DNA of 64,000 nt, taken from assembly GCA_964016885.1 (NCBI GenBank), contig CAXHJY010000046.1, forward strand, positions 1-64,000, read 5' to 3'. Source of the DNA: Eledone cirrhosa. Taxonomy: Eukaryota. The notes below the pieces were generated by a model. That model did not search any database and had not been told where the DNA came from. It saw only the letters and a program-made list of their open reading frames with translations. Positions 53,515 to 64,000 of this stretch are shown in pieces. Both the position numbers and the translations under genes were made by a program. Position 1 is the stretch's first letter. The number at the start of each line of letters is the position of its first letter.

Positions 53515-54327
53515 ATATTGTTATACTTTGGGAGGGTCATGTTGCCAATAAGAAACACACGCACCAGTAGCTTTCACTTCAATTTATTATAATAAATTTA
53601 TAAATTTAGGAATTTATAAATTTCCGGTTGGTTGGTTGGTTGGTTCCACAACCAGATGATTGTTTATATATTGTGAAAGTTCTTTCGTCACACATTCTGT
53701 GACCTCGTCAGTGATTGGGGATTCTTTTCTTTGTTTTTGTGCCTCTCCTTTGTTCTCTCCTACGCCATCTTGTTTTTATGTGTGTGTTGTGTGCTTAGTT
53801 TGCGTATGTGTTACATCCGGGTGTCTGTGTGTGTTTATATTCGTTTATTTATTTGTTTATTTACATGTTACTGGTTGGTTGTTTGTTCTATGTGCGTGTG
53901 TGTTTTCATTTTGTCCTTAATTGTAAGTTCTGATGTTACTGTTCCATTCATGTTTTCTATTTAATTTTGGTTGGAGTTCATTTATGTTTATTGCCTCTGT
54001 GATTTGTCTAAATATTGCGTCTTAGAGAACATAGAAATTAACATAGAATCTACACACAGAAAAGACGTAATGTAAGATGGCGTTGGACAGAACAAAGGAG
54101 AGGCACAAAAACAAAGAAAAGAATCCCCAGTCACTGAAGAGGTCACAGAATGTGTGACGAAAGAACTTTGACAATATATAAACAATCATCTGGTTGTGGA
54201 ACCAACCAACCAAACGGAAATTTATAAATTCCTAAATTTATAAATTTATTATAATAAATTGAAGTGAAAGCGACTGGTGCGTGTGTTTCTTATTGGCAAC
54301 ATGACGCTCCCAAAGTATAACAATATA
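53515..54327. mobile_element. Penelope-like element remnant with inverted pseudo-LTRs
   Basis: ~255-bp inverted arms at 53515-53771 and 54074-54327, each with a hammerhead; spacer ends in CLCDLSKYCVL..HRK, resembling a PLE endonuclease C-terminus; (TA)n nearby on both sides. Confidence 0.7.
54130..54172 (+). ncRNA. Type I hammerhead ribozyme motif (inverted partner at ~53672-53714 on minus)
   Basis: GTCA-CTGAAGA-G-GTCACA/GAATG/TGTGAC-GAAAG-AA-CTT-TGAC. Confidence 0.7.
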
Positions 54328-54370
54328 AATATATATATATATACAATTCAATACATAAACAGAGAAAGCC

Positions 54371-54547
<177 letters not shown>

Positions 54548-54650
54548 TATTGAAGTTTCCGTTGAAAACAGAAAAAGCCATAGGAGTGAAGAGTGTTCTA
54601 TGTAAGTACCAGAGCAAAATTTAATGTATAAAAAACGACAATACAATATA

Positions 54651-54728
54651 ATTACCTCATTACCAGAGGTTTCCCGAATGAGGCGAATACGAAAGAAACG
54701 TATTCATTCGTTCGTCGGACGAGGCAAT
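54651..54728 (-). ncRNA. Type I hammerhead motif with one core substitution
   Basis: ATTGCCTCGT-CCGACGA-(CGAATGA..TCATTCG stem)-GAAAC-CTCTG-GTA-ATGAGGTAAT; 10-bp helix I. Confidence 0.6.
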
Positions 54729-55832
54729 ATAAAACATAGCTAAATATTTGGAAAGTCTCCTCAAGAAATGCAAAAAAAATTATATAAATATAGATGAAGG
54801 TAATACAATAGACATATAAAATATATAAACAATTTTTTAAGAAATATAGTTAGGTGTGTGTATATGTATGTATATACACTCACAGATGTACATATGTATG
54901 TATGTACAAATGTGTGTGTATAGTGAAAATGTGTGCGTAAATATATATATGAGGGTAAGTATATCTGTGTATATGTAACTACAGACACAGACATGATAAG
55001 AGTTGACAGGTATACAGAAAAACAGGGTATTAGATACATTATAAGAATATGAAGGCACGCGTATAAACACACACACACGCGCGTACACTTATATGCGGAA
55101 GAAAAAGAGGTAAGGGAGTGTAATAGTAAAAAGAAAGTATCATTCTAGATATATTTATAAAAATGGAACAATAATTTAGAAAGAAAAATAATTGCGAAGT
55201 AAAGAAAAGAAAACAAACAAGGTACACGCGTACATACACACATATATCTATAAGAAACGTATATCTATAAAAAATATATATACATACACGCAATACGTGT
55301 AGACAAAAGCGTATGCAAATATACATACACACACAGGATGCACATATATATATACATACACCTCACCCCATGTATATCTAATCACGCGTACGTACGCGAC
55401 TGTATACTCACACACACATACACACACATAAATATATACATACATATATACATACGCACACTTACACATCCATGCATTCAGTACGTACACACACACATAC
55501 ACACACACATACATACACTCACGCACGTTGACCCGCTTAGATGCACAGAAATAAAAATAAGAATGTAAAAAAAATAGATGTAAAAACACAGATATAAAAA
55601 CACACATACATACACATATATATATGCACGCACGCGCGCGCACACACGGAGGCGTTCGTGTACATATACAGAAAGTATACACACATAAGTACGCTCAGAC
55701 ACATAGATACAGGGTGTAAAAACGGCCTTGTGAATAAGTGAGTACAAATATAAAAATTGGCTGCGAAATAACAGAAAATATCTGGAGTGGAAGACGCAAG
55801 TGACATGTATGATCAGGTAGTGAAAGCCTTAA

Positions 55833-55919
<87 letters not shown>

Positions 55920-55949
55920 TAAGGCTTTCTCTGTTTATGTATTGAAATG

Positions 55950-56046
<97 letters not shown>

Positions 56047-56049
56047 GTG

Positions 56050-56104
<55 letters not shown>

Positions 56105-56376
56105 GGAAAAATGAAACGAAATTTCATTTCTCACTCTTAGTACGGCTGTTACTTAAATATAGGTATGTATGCGTACATACATATATGTATACAGACGTAC
56201 AGTAGTATGTATATATATATACATGCACACATATATATATGTACGTATGGATTCACCGAACATTTATTATAATGCTCGGTGTGTTTGTAAACAAACATCC
56301 CGAATTAAGCCGTACAGTGTCTAGCAACCATCGTTGCTTATTTGTTCAACACTGACAAAGCAACGCTGTAAGGAAT

Positions 56377-56415
56377 GCTGTACTAGTTTCAAGCTTATTA
56401 GCTATCGTCAGCAAC
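56377..56415 (-). ncRNA. Type I hammerhead ribozyme motif
   Basis: GTTG-CTGACGA-T-AGCT/AATA/AGCT-T-GAAACTAGTA-CAGC. Confidence 0.75.
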
Positions 56416-56747
56416 GTATACCTTCCTGCCATATGGTTGAACGTCCGAAAGTATATACTTTCCTTATGTATATTAACGGTTGAGTAGCCTAATTTGCATA
56501 TCGAGTGAGTTAATCGGCCGGGGTACCGAAATCGATAAACGGAAATAATGAAACGAAAGTAGTATGTATATATATATACATACATGCGCACATATATATA
56601 TATATATGTACGTATAGATTCACCGAGCATTTATTATAATGCTCGGTGTGTTTGTAAACTCGATATGCAAATTAGGCTACTCAACCGTTAATATGCATAC
56701 GGAAAGTATATACTTTCAGACGTTCAATCATCTGTCAGGAAGGTATA

Positions 56748-56788
56748 CGTTGCTGACGATAGCTAATATGCTTGAAACTAGTACATCG
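56748..56788 (+). ncRNA. Type I hammerhead ribozyme motif
   Basis: CGTTG-CTGACGA-TAGCTAATATGCTT-GAAACTAGTA-CATCG. Confidence 0.7.
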
Positions 56789-56987
56789 TTCCTTTGTCAG
56801 TGTTGAACAAATGAGAAACGATGGTTGCTAGACACTACGGCTTAATTCGGGATGTTTGTTTACAAACACACCGACCATCATAATAAATGTTCGGTGAATC
56901 CATACGTACATATATATATATATGTGTGCATGTATTTATATATATATACATACTACTGTACGTCTGTATACATACATGTATGGACGT

Positions 56988-57081
<94 letters not shown>

Positions 57082-58859
57082 GTAATAAACGAAAGATATA
57101 TACTTTATATCATCTGTATTTTATTATATATATATTTCGAAGATGCATAGTTTTATGTATAACATAAACCAAAACATGTCCTCTACAGACAAAATACATA
57201 CGAGATGTATAATGTTGTTCATATGCTGGTAGACCAACGAGCTGGACAGATATATATATATATATATATGTAGAGAGAGAGAGAGAGAGAGAGAGAATGG
57301 TGAGTGAGTGAGAGATAACTCTCTGTGCAGTGCTGGGAGTGATGTTGTCGGTAGTGAAGGGGCAAGTATGTGTATTATATTTACACATCTTTAGTTACTT
57401 TGAAACTGTTACTATTGTTGCTAAGGAAATGGTCTTGTTGGTATTACAAATTAGTTGTGACTTTCTTCTTCCGTCTTTTCCTTTTTCTTTAGAAATTTAC
57501 GTTTCATTTTCTTCCTTTATTGATATCGATAGGGGGTGTATATTTCTCAAGAAACATGGCGTAATAAAAGTTTAACATGGGAGAGAAAATAAACAAATCT
57601 CTTCATGAAAGTTGATATAATTATAATGTTTCTGCCGGGAGCATATGAAGAAACCGTTAATTAGATCGAAGGATGAAATGAACACTATCTCTTCTTCTTC
57701 AGTTATTACAATACAGAAAACTCATTCGGCAATCAATAATTCGGTTTCTTTATTTATTTGTTTCTCTAATTAACATGTGCCTATATAGCATCCTGTTAGA
57801 GCCTCTGTATGTCCACTCACCCTGTTCCACATAGCAACCCACCATCGTAAATCGTGTGGGACACATATGGTGATGTAGTCCACGGAACACACTGTCTAAA
57901 AGGACTGGATAGTCACGACAGGAGGGTCATGGTCTTTCGTTATTGGTCTGCTAGAAATAACAGAGCCGAAGCTTATTCCTCAACTGACACCTTACCACCT
58001 TAAAATGGATTAGAACACTAGGCCTAAAAAGGTCAGGTAGTCATTGCGTGTGCGTTTCATTAAAGAAATAGCAGTCAAATTTTCTTCCTCCGATCATAGC
58101 TTGCCGTCTTTGACAAGTTTAATCAGCACTACATTATTAAAACCACACGTGTTTTACACAACCACAGATGCAAGTACTACTTGGACACATCATTAGTGTT
58201 ATATCACAGAGTCACTGGTTCTTTCGGGTCTTACAAGATAGTCACCATCATCCAGGAGACCTGACAACAAGACACATGATCGGTGTTGCATCCTGGAGTC
58301 ACTGGGTGTTTCGGATCTTATGTCATAGACCCTCAGTCAAGTGATCCAACTACAAGAGAAGTAAGACAGGCACATTGGTAAAATAATCCAGGAAAAACAA
58401 CTATTAGACATGTAACAAGCGCGAAATGGGTATAGCTGAAATAGCTGTCACCATATGTCTGCTTCATTAGAACCGGTGTAGTGTAATATAACAATAACCT
58501 AAGGCCTTCCATCCTAGGGCTCAACCCATTTCAACTAGCTATAAAGTCTCCCTCTGCAAAATCAATTCTATATTGTGAAAAGGGATTGCTTTACTGTAAT
58601 GTATGTTAAACAAAGGACAATATAATCTGCACAATATAGATAAAAGACAAAGCTAGGTAACGTTGATTGTAATGTTTCTTTGATCGGTTGTCTCCATACA
58701 TTAATAGATCAGTGTTTCCAACATAGTTTACAAAGAGAATTGAATAGAAACAAAAGCTAGCATTTCTTGATATGTCCAGTGGATATTAAATTAAGTAGCT
58801 TGACTACTTGTTGTAGAATTATAAAGCTATATATATATATATGTGTGTGCGTGTATATA

Positions 58860-58954
<95 letters not shown>

Positions 58955-58961
58955 ATATATA

Positions 58962-59025
<64 letters not shown>

Positions 59026-59039
59026 TATATATGTATCTA

Positions 59040-59110
<71 letters not shown>

Positions 59111-59144
59111 GTATGCATATATATATATATATATATACATATGA

Positions 59145-59600
59145 GTATGTATGTATACGTACATATATATATGTATACAGACGTACAGTAGCATGTATAT
59201 ATATACATACAGGCACATATATATATATGCACATATCAGTTTACCGAACATTTATTATAATGCTCGGTTTGTTCGTTTGTAAACAAACAAACAGCCTGAA
59301 TTACGCCGTACAGTGTTTAGGCAACCACGTCACCTTTTTGTTCAACACTGACACAGGAACGATGTACTAGTTTCAAGCTTATTAGCTATCGTCAGCACCG
59401 TATACCTTTCTGCCAGATGGTTGAAAGTCCGAAAGTATATACTTTCCTTATGAAAATAACGGCTGAGCAGCCTAATTTGCATATCGAGTGAGTTCAGTCG
59501 GCCAGGCGCACCGAAAACGATAAATGGAATAGAATGCTACTGTACGTCTGTATACATATATGTATGTACGTATGCATACATACTTACATTTAAGTCTGAC
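59145..59600 (-). mobile_element. Third copy of the hammerhead-containing unit, with a short inverted tail (59537-59600)
   Basis: Colinear homology to 56160-56545. Confidence 0.75.
59360..59400 (-). ncRNA. Type I hammerhead ribozyme motif
   Basis: CGGTG-CTGACGA-TAGCTAATAAGCTT-GAAACTAGTA-CATCG. Confidence 0.75.
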
Positions 59601-59749
59601 TGAATAAAAAATGGCGTAGACATACAACACAACAGGAGGAAAACATAACACCACTGACAATGTTGCAGATGTGCAACGAAAGATTTAATTTAGGTAAATT
59701 ATGTAAACTATATATATGTGTTTATGTCTATATTGTATCTGTAATATTT

Positions 59750-59899
59750 TTGACCGTAGGTCAGTCAATGGCAACATTGAGGACCGAGTAAGCTAGATTA
59801 CAGATATAAAAGACAGCGAGAAGCGAAAACCAACCAAACAGTGAGTGTGTTCTGTTATTAATTCTGGCAATATTACACAAATATGACCCTCCCCAAGTA

Positions 59900-59903
<4 letters not shown>
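59750..59903 (+). mobile_element. Pseudo-LTR-like 3' end (homolog of 19950-20110) with an eroded hammerhead-like hairpin
   Basis: GGTC-AG-TCAATG/GCAA/CATTGA-G-GACC stem; ends CCCTCCCCAAGTATAAC(TA)n. Confidence 0.5.
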
Positions 59904-59938
<35 letters not shown>

Positions 59939-60421
59939 CGAAGGAAATGTGGTAAGGAACCAGGTGGACCATAACGCACCAAAGTACTCAATACTTGAGG
60001 TAGTAGAGTGGGTAATAGGAACCAGTAAGACCCCGACAGCTCGGCTTGAGCTCAGCTGTCGGGGTCTTACTGGTTCCTATATATATATATATATATATAA
60101 CAAAGGAACCAGATGGTAAGGAACCAGATGGTAAGGAACCAGATGGACCATAACACACCAGAGTACTCAATACTTAGCGTAGTAGAGTGAGAAATAGGAA
60201 AATGTATGACCCAGCCACCCCTACCTCCCACCAAATGGCATGATAGACTTATTTTTGTTTACAACAAATTTTAACCAATCCTCTTGACAACTACAATCTT
60301 CCCATATAAGGAAGTACCCCTTGACAAGTTCGGCTATTTACTCACCAGGCCCAAAATTCTAATTTAGTCCAGAAATAGCCGTCGAAACGGCTTGAGCTCT
60401 GCCGTCGGGATCATGCTTTTT

Positions 60422-60425
<4 letters not shown>
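59939..60425 (-). mobile_element. Two copies of the (TA)n-embedded fold-back element (59939-60079; 60101-60425, interrupted)
   Basis: Reverse-complement homology to 28455-28658. Confidence 0.7.
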
Positions 60426-60511
<86 letters not shown>

Positions 60512-60769
60512 AAGAAATAGGATTTCGCTTCACACACTCATATATATAATATATATATATGTGTGTGTGTTTACATCTATCTATTATCTATCTATCCATC
60601 AAACTACATTTACATATATATAATAAAACAAATTAGTATACTTACCTGAAAGATACTTGTTACTCAATAAGTCAATGAAGGACATTCTCTGTGTAAGATC
60701 GACATGCTAGATATAACAGCCAAATCCCTAAACAAAAATAGATGAATAGGTTGAATAATATCATGCCCT

Positions 60770-60975
60770 TCTTCTCGTAACTGGTGTCGCCTATCGTTGG
60801 GAGCCTCTCTTGCCGTTTTGGCAGTCAACAGCTGTCTCTGTCTTCATACACAGAAGTGTTGCACAGTTATGACTTGTTCAGTCCTTAATGTCGAACTAGG
60901 ATAATCTTTGTCTGCTTCTTTGTCAGCCTTCTTCAAATGTGCCCTGAAGTATGGTGTTAGACAAAGAGTTGTAGC
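60770..60975 (-). mobile_element. Degenerate RTE 3' end
   Basis: Minus strand NSLSNTILQGT.E..RQR..DIKD, RTE C-terminus-like. Confidence 0.5.
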
Positions 60976-61619
60976 CTTTCTATACCAGGCGATCTTTCAA
61001 AGTTTTCCTGTTGCAAGTATTATTGTTTACCTACCAGTATTGTAGTTGACATGCAATAAACTATATTTGGATGTTTATAGATAGAATGCCTTTACCCAAG
61101 TTCTGTTAGGCGGAGGCAACCTATAGGCTAACCGATAGCAACAATATTTGAGGTTCTAGATTATTAATTGAGATTTAAGTACAACATTAAGATCTGAAGA
61201 TATTAGTCGACTTAATTCTATGGCAGAAAATGTTTGTCCCAGATATTTTGTAGTGAGTTTAAATGAAATACACATAACTATTATGAACATATTAATTGTC
61301 ACATATTATGTCGTAGCGTATGTATGCGATTTAAAGATAATATATATATTTTATTATTTTGTTAGTAAGTGCAGGAAAAGCAACGTCAAAAACCCTCTGT
61401 AGTGTTGTAGGAGGAAATGAGGTCGATACTAAAATAGAAGCGTTGGTCCATAAGATTGCAACAGAGCAGAATGGTGGAGATGTTAAATTAGGTGAAGAAT
61501 AAATTAAAAAAAGTCTACCACTCATATAGGCTTCAGCGGGATTTGAACTCAGAGCGCAGAGAGGTGGAACAAATACCAAAAAGCATTTCACCCGACGATC
61601 TAATGACAATGCTAATTAA

Positions 61620-62489
61620 TCTATATATATAAAACTGGGGATGTCTGTCTGTGTGTGTGTGAGTTTGAATCCCTAAAACTCGAGAAGCACCCAACTGACT
61701 GTTTTCAATCTTTACACATGTACTACCTATGTTTCAGGGAGTGTTCTGAGCATTAGGTGATTCAACGATCTCTCTTTATAATTCTTAGTCTTTCTCTTTT
61801 AGATAGATACATACATATAACGTCGCGCCCTTATAATATCCGTCTGTATGTCTGATTGTCTGCATTACGTCACTTTCCTGAGGATGTCTGTCTGTGTGTG
61901 TGTGTCTGTGAGTTTGAATCCCTAAAACTCGAGTAGTACCCAACCGACTATTTTCAGACTTTACATGTGTATTACTTATGTTTCAGGGAGTGTTATGCAC
62001 ATATACAAATTCAACTTTTTGATCCCCTAGGGCCCGCATTAGGTGAAAAACTGCGTTAGGGTTTTTTTGAGGCGTTACGTTAGATTGATTTCCTTGAAAT
62101 TGTAACTACGTATTAGTCAGTCTCTTTTTCATACTATGAGCAAAGAAAATCCAACTTTTTTATGGCCCGCATTAGGTGAAAAACTTCATTTTTTTCAGCT
62201 TTTCATGGCTTTTTTGAGGCGTTACGTCTATCCGATTTTCTCGAAATTTCAAGGCATATTATGCACATAAAAAAATTGATTTTCTTTATCCCCTAGGGCT
62301 CGCATTATGTGAAAACCTGCATTTTTCCTGCTTCATCGAGGAAAATCTTAAAGATTATCCAGCCATCAGAGTATTCAGTTTATTTTCTTTACATATTGTC
62401 CCAGGCATGCAGTTTTTCCACGATTAGGTCTGTTAGCAGCCCGCGTTCCAAAATACCTTATCCCGTGCAACGCCGGGTACCACTGCTAG
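61620..62489 (+). mobile_element. Non-autonomous Helitron
   Basis: A|TCTATATATATAAA 5' end; 3' hairpin CCCG-TGCAACGC-CGGG 8 nt upstream of CTAG|T; no TSD; internal duplications. Confidence 0.85.
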
Positions 62490-63126
62490 TGGTTTATAAA
62501 ATAAGGTTCATATTTACAGTTCCCCTTAAAGTAGCAAGCAGGTTTTCTCCATAACATAGAAATACCCCCGAAACCATCAGCTTTCGACATTCTATTTTGT
62601 ATAGATTACAATTAAGGAAAAGTACATAATTTTAATTGAGCGAAAAAACAAACGCATTATTTTTTAGTACTATAATTATATTTTTCTCACTTTGAAGTTT
62701 GGACTTCTCTTTAGCAATATATTTCATTGTGTAACAATATCACTGAACTGCTTTGCCTACAAGCAGATGTCCCACACATCTGGTGTATTTTATATAAAAT
62801 TAATTTGTTGCTGTTGTTGGCATCGTCGGCATATTTGTGGTGGTTGTTGCTGCTCCTGCTGTTTACGAGTCTCAGTATGTATTGCCGCTGGGATAATTGG
62901 TAAAAAAATGTGTCGGAGAATATTTTACAAATCGTACGTCTTGTTTCAGACTTGACTGCGAATATAATGACAGGTCATTACAACAGCAGAGGTTCGACGA
63001 GCTTTTGATTCCAACGTCGAGTCAGATCGATACAGATCGAACCTTGATCTGATCAATAGCGAAACGTGCGTCACTAATCAATAAATGTACTAAAAGCTTA
63101 ACAAAGCGTATTTGTATTATTATTGA

Positions 63127-63345
63127 TGGATTGGCAGTATCGGTAGAGAGTCGGGCATCCATACGTTGCAGCATAGAATTACATCCCTTTTCGGTTTGAG
63201 TTCAAATCCCGCCGAGATTAATTTTGCCTTTCATCCTTATGGGGTCGATAAAATAAAGTACCAGTCACGCACTGGGGTCGATTTAATCGACTTTCCCCTC
63301 CCCCCAAATGGCTGGCCTTGTGTCTATATAAGAAACCATTATTAT
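63127..63345 (+). mobile_element. SINE family A, the only clear plus-strand copy
   Basis: TGGATTGGCAGTATCGGTAGAG..GAGTTCAAATCCCGCCGAG..GCCTTTCATCCTTATGGGGTCGATAAAATAAAGTACCAG..AGAAACC(ATT)n. Confidence 0.85.
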
Positions 63346-63389
63346 CATTATAATATATATAGAGAGAGAGAGAATAAGGAGCAGATATT

Positions 63390-63686
63390 GCAATAGCCTG
63401 AGGTTCAAAGACCATCAACTCTTCAACAAGTTGCCGAGGGATTTGAAAGATCTGCATGGTGTGGAGGTGGATGTTTTCAAGAAACATTTCGACAGCTTGC
63501 TATCCAGGATCCCGGATGAGCCCACAGCAAGGCACGAGGGAAACCTAAAGGCAGCAGCAACGAACTCCCTCTTGCACCAGTAGCCAACCAATACAGGCTG
63601 GAGATAAAATGTGTAGCAACAAGGGCGGTGCCCCAGCATGGCCTCAGCCGGATGGCTGGAATAGGTAAAAGAGAGTAAAAGAGAGA
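63390..63686 (+). mobile_element. CR1-group LINE 3' end
   Basis: QLFNKLPRDLKDL..VDVFKKHFDSLLSRIPDEP..AAATNSLLHQ*, then GGCGGTGCCCCAGCATGGCC and a TAAAAGAGAG tail. Confidence 0.75.
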
Positions 63687-64000
63687 TATGAAGATATCCC
63701 CGCCGAATGCAATAGAACTAGTCCTGTAAATATCTTTTAATTAAATATATTTGTGAAATGAATTCCTTATACACGCAACCAAGCTTGCGGCCCCAATGAT
63801 TAATTGAAGGGAGATTTGGATTTAATTTAGAATAGTGGTGTATTATCCTAAAGAGGTTTTAATTTTTTTTCAGGAAATATAAGGAGAGATCTTATGTTCC
63901 TTATTATACCAAGTGCTGATGAAAAGAAGAAATGTTGATTGCTGAAGGGATTCAACATAATGCACCGCACATTAAATATTATTGCAAAATAATTTCCTAT

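Larger units (their letters stand above)
56102..56990. mobile_element. Hammerhead-containing ~430-bp non-coding repeat (retrozyme or PLE pLTR-like): direct unit, partial second unit, inverted unit
   Basis: Unit 56102-56538, partial repeat 56539-56659, inverted copy 56658-56990; flanked by (TA)n. Confidence 0.75.

Overview
AT-rich eukaryotic (metazoan) DNA that is intergenic or intronic and saturated with microsatellites and decayed mobile elements. The SINE/LINE repertoire looks like a coleoid cephalopod, probably Octopus (inference). No host protein-coding gene is recognisable, and nearly all listed ORFs are microsatellite artefacts. Identifiable content: a ~2.8 kb minisatellite; two head-to-tail R4/Dong-clade non-LTR retrotransposons (RT, CCHC knuckle, restriction-like endonuclease); several CRE-clade, RTE, Tx1/L1-like and CR1-like LINE remnants; two tRNA-derived SINE families; a mariner remnant, MITEs and a non-autonomous Helitron; and a 5'-truncated 5S rRNA retrocopy. 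The most notable signals are (i) many type I hammerhead ribozyme motifs in Penelope-like or non-coding repeats inserted in (TA)n, including a ~430-bp structured hammerhead-bearing unit in tandem and inverted copies that resembles a retrozyme, and (ii) a reconstructable multi-junction, microhomology-mediated template-switch rearrangement at 18.1-22.7 kb. Boundaries of degenerate elements were judged by eye and are approximate.
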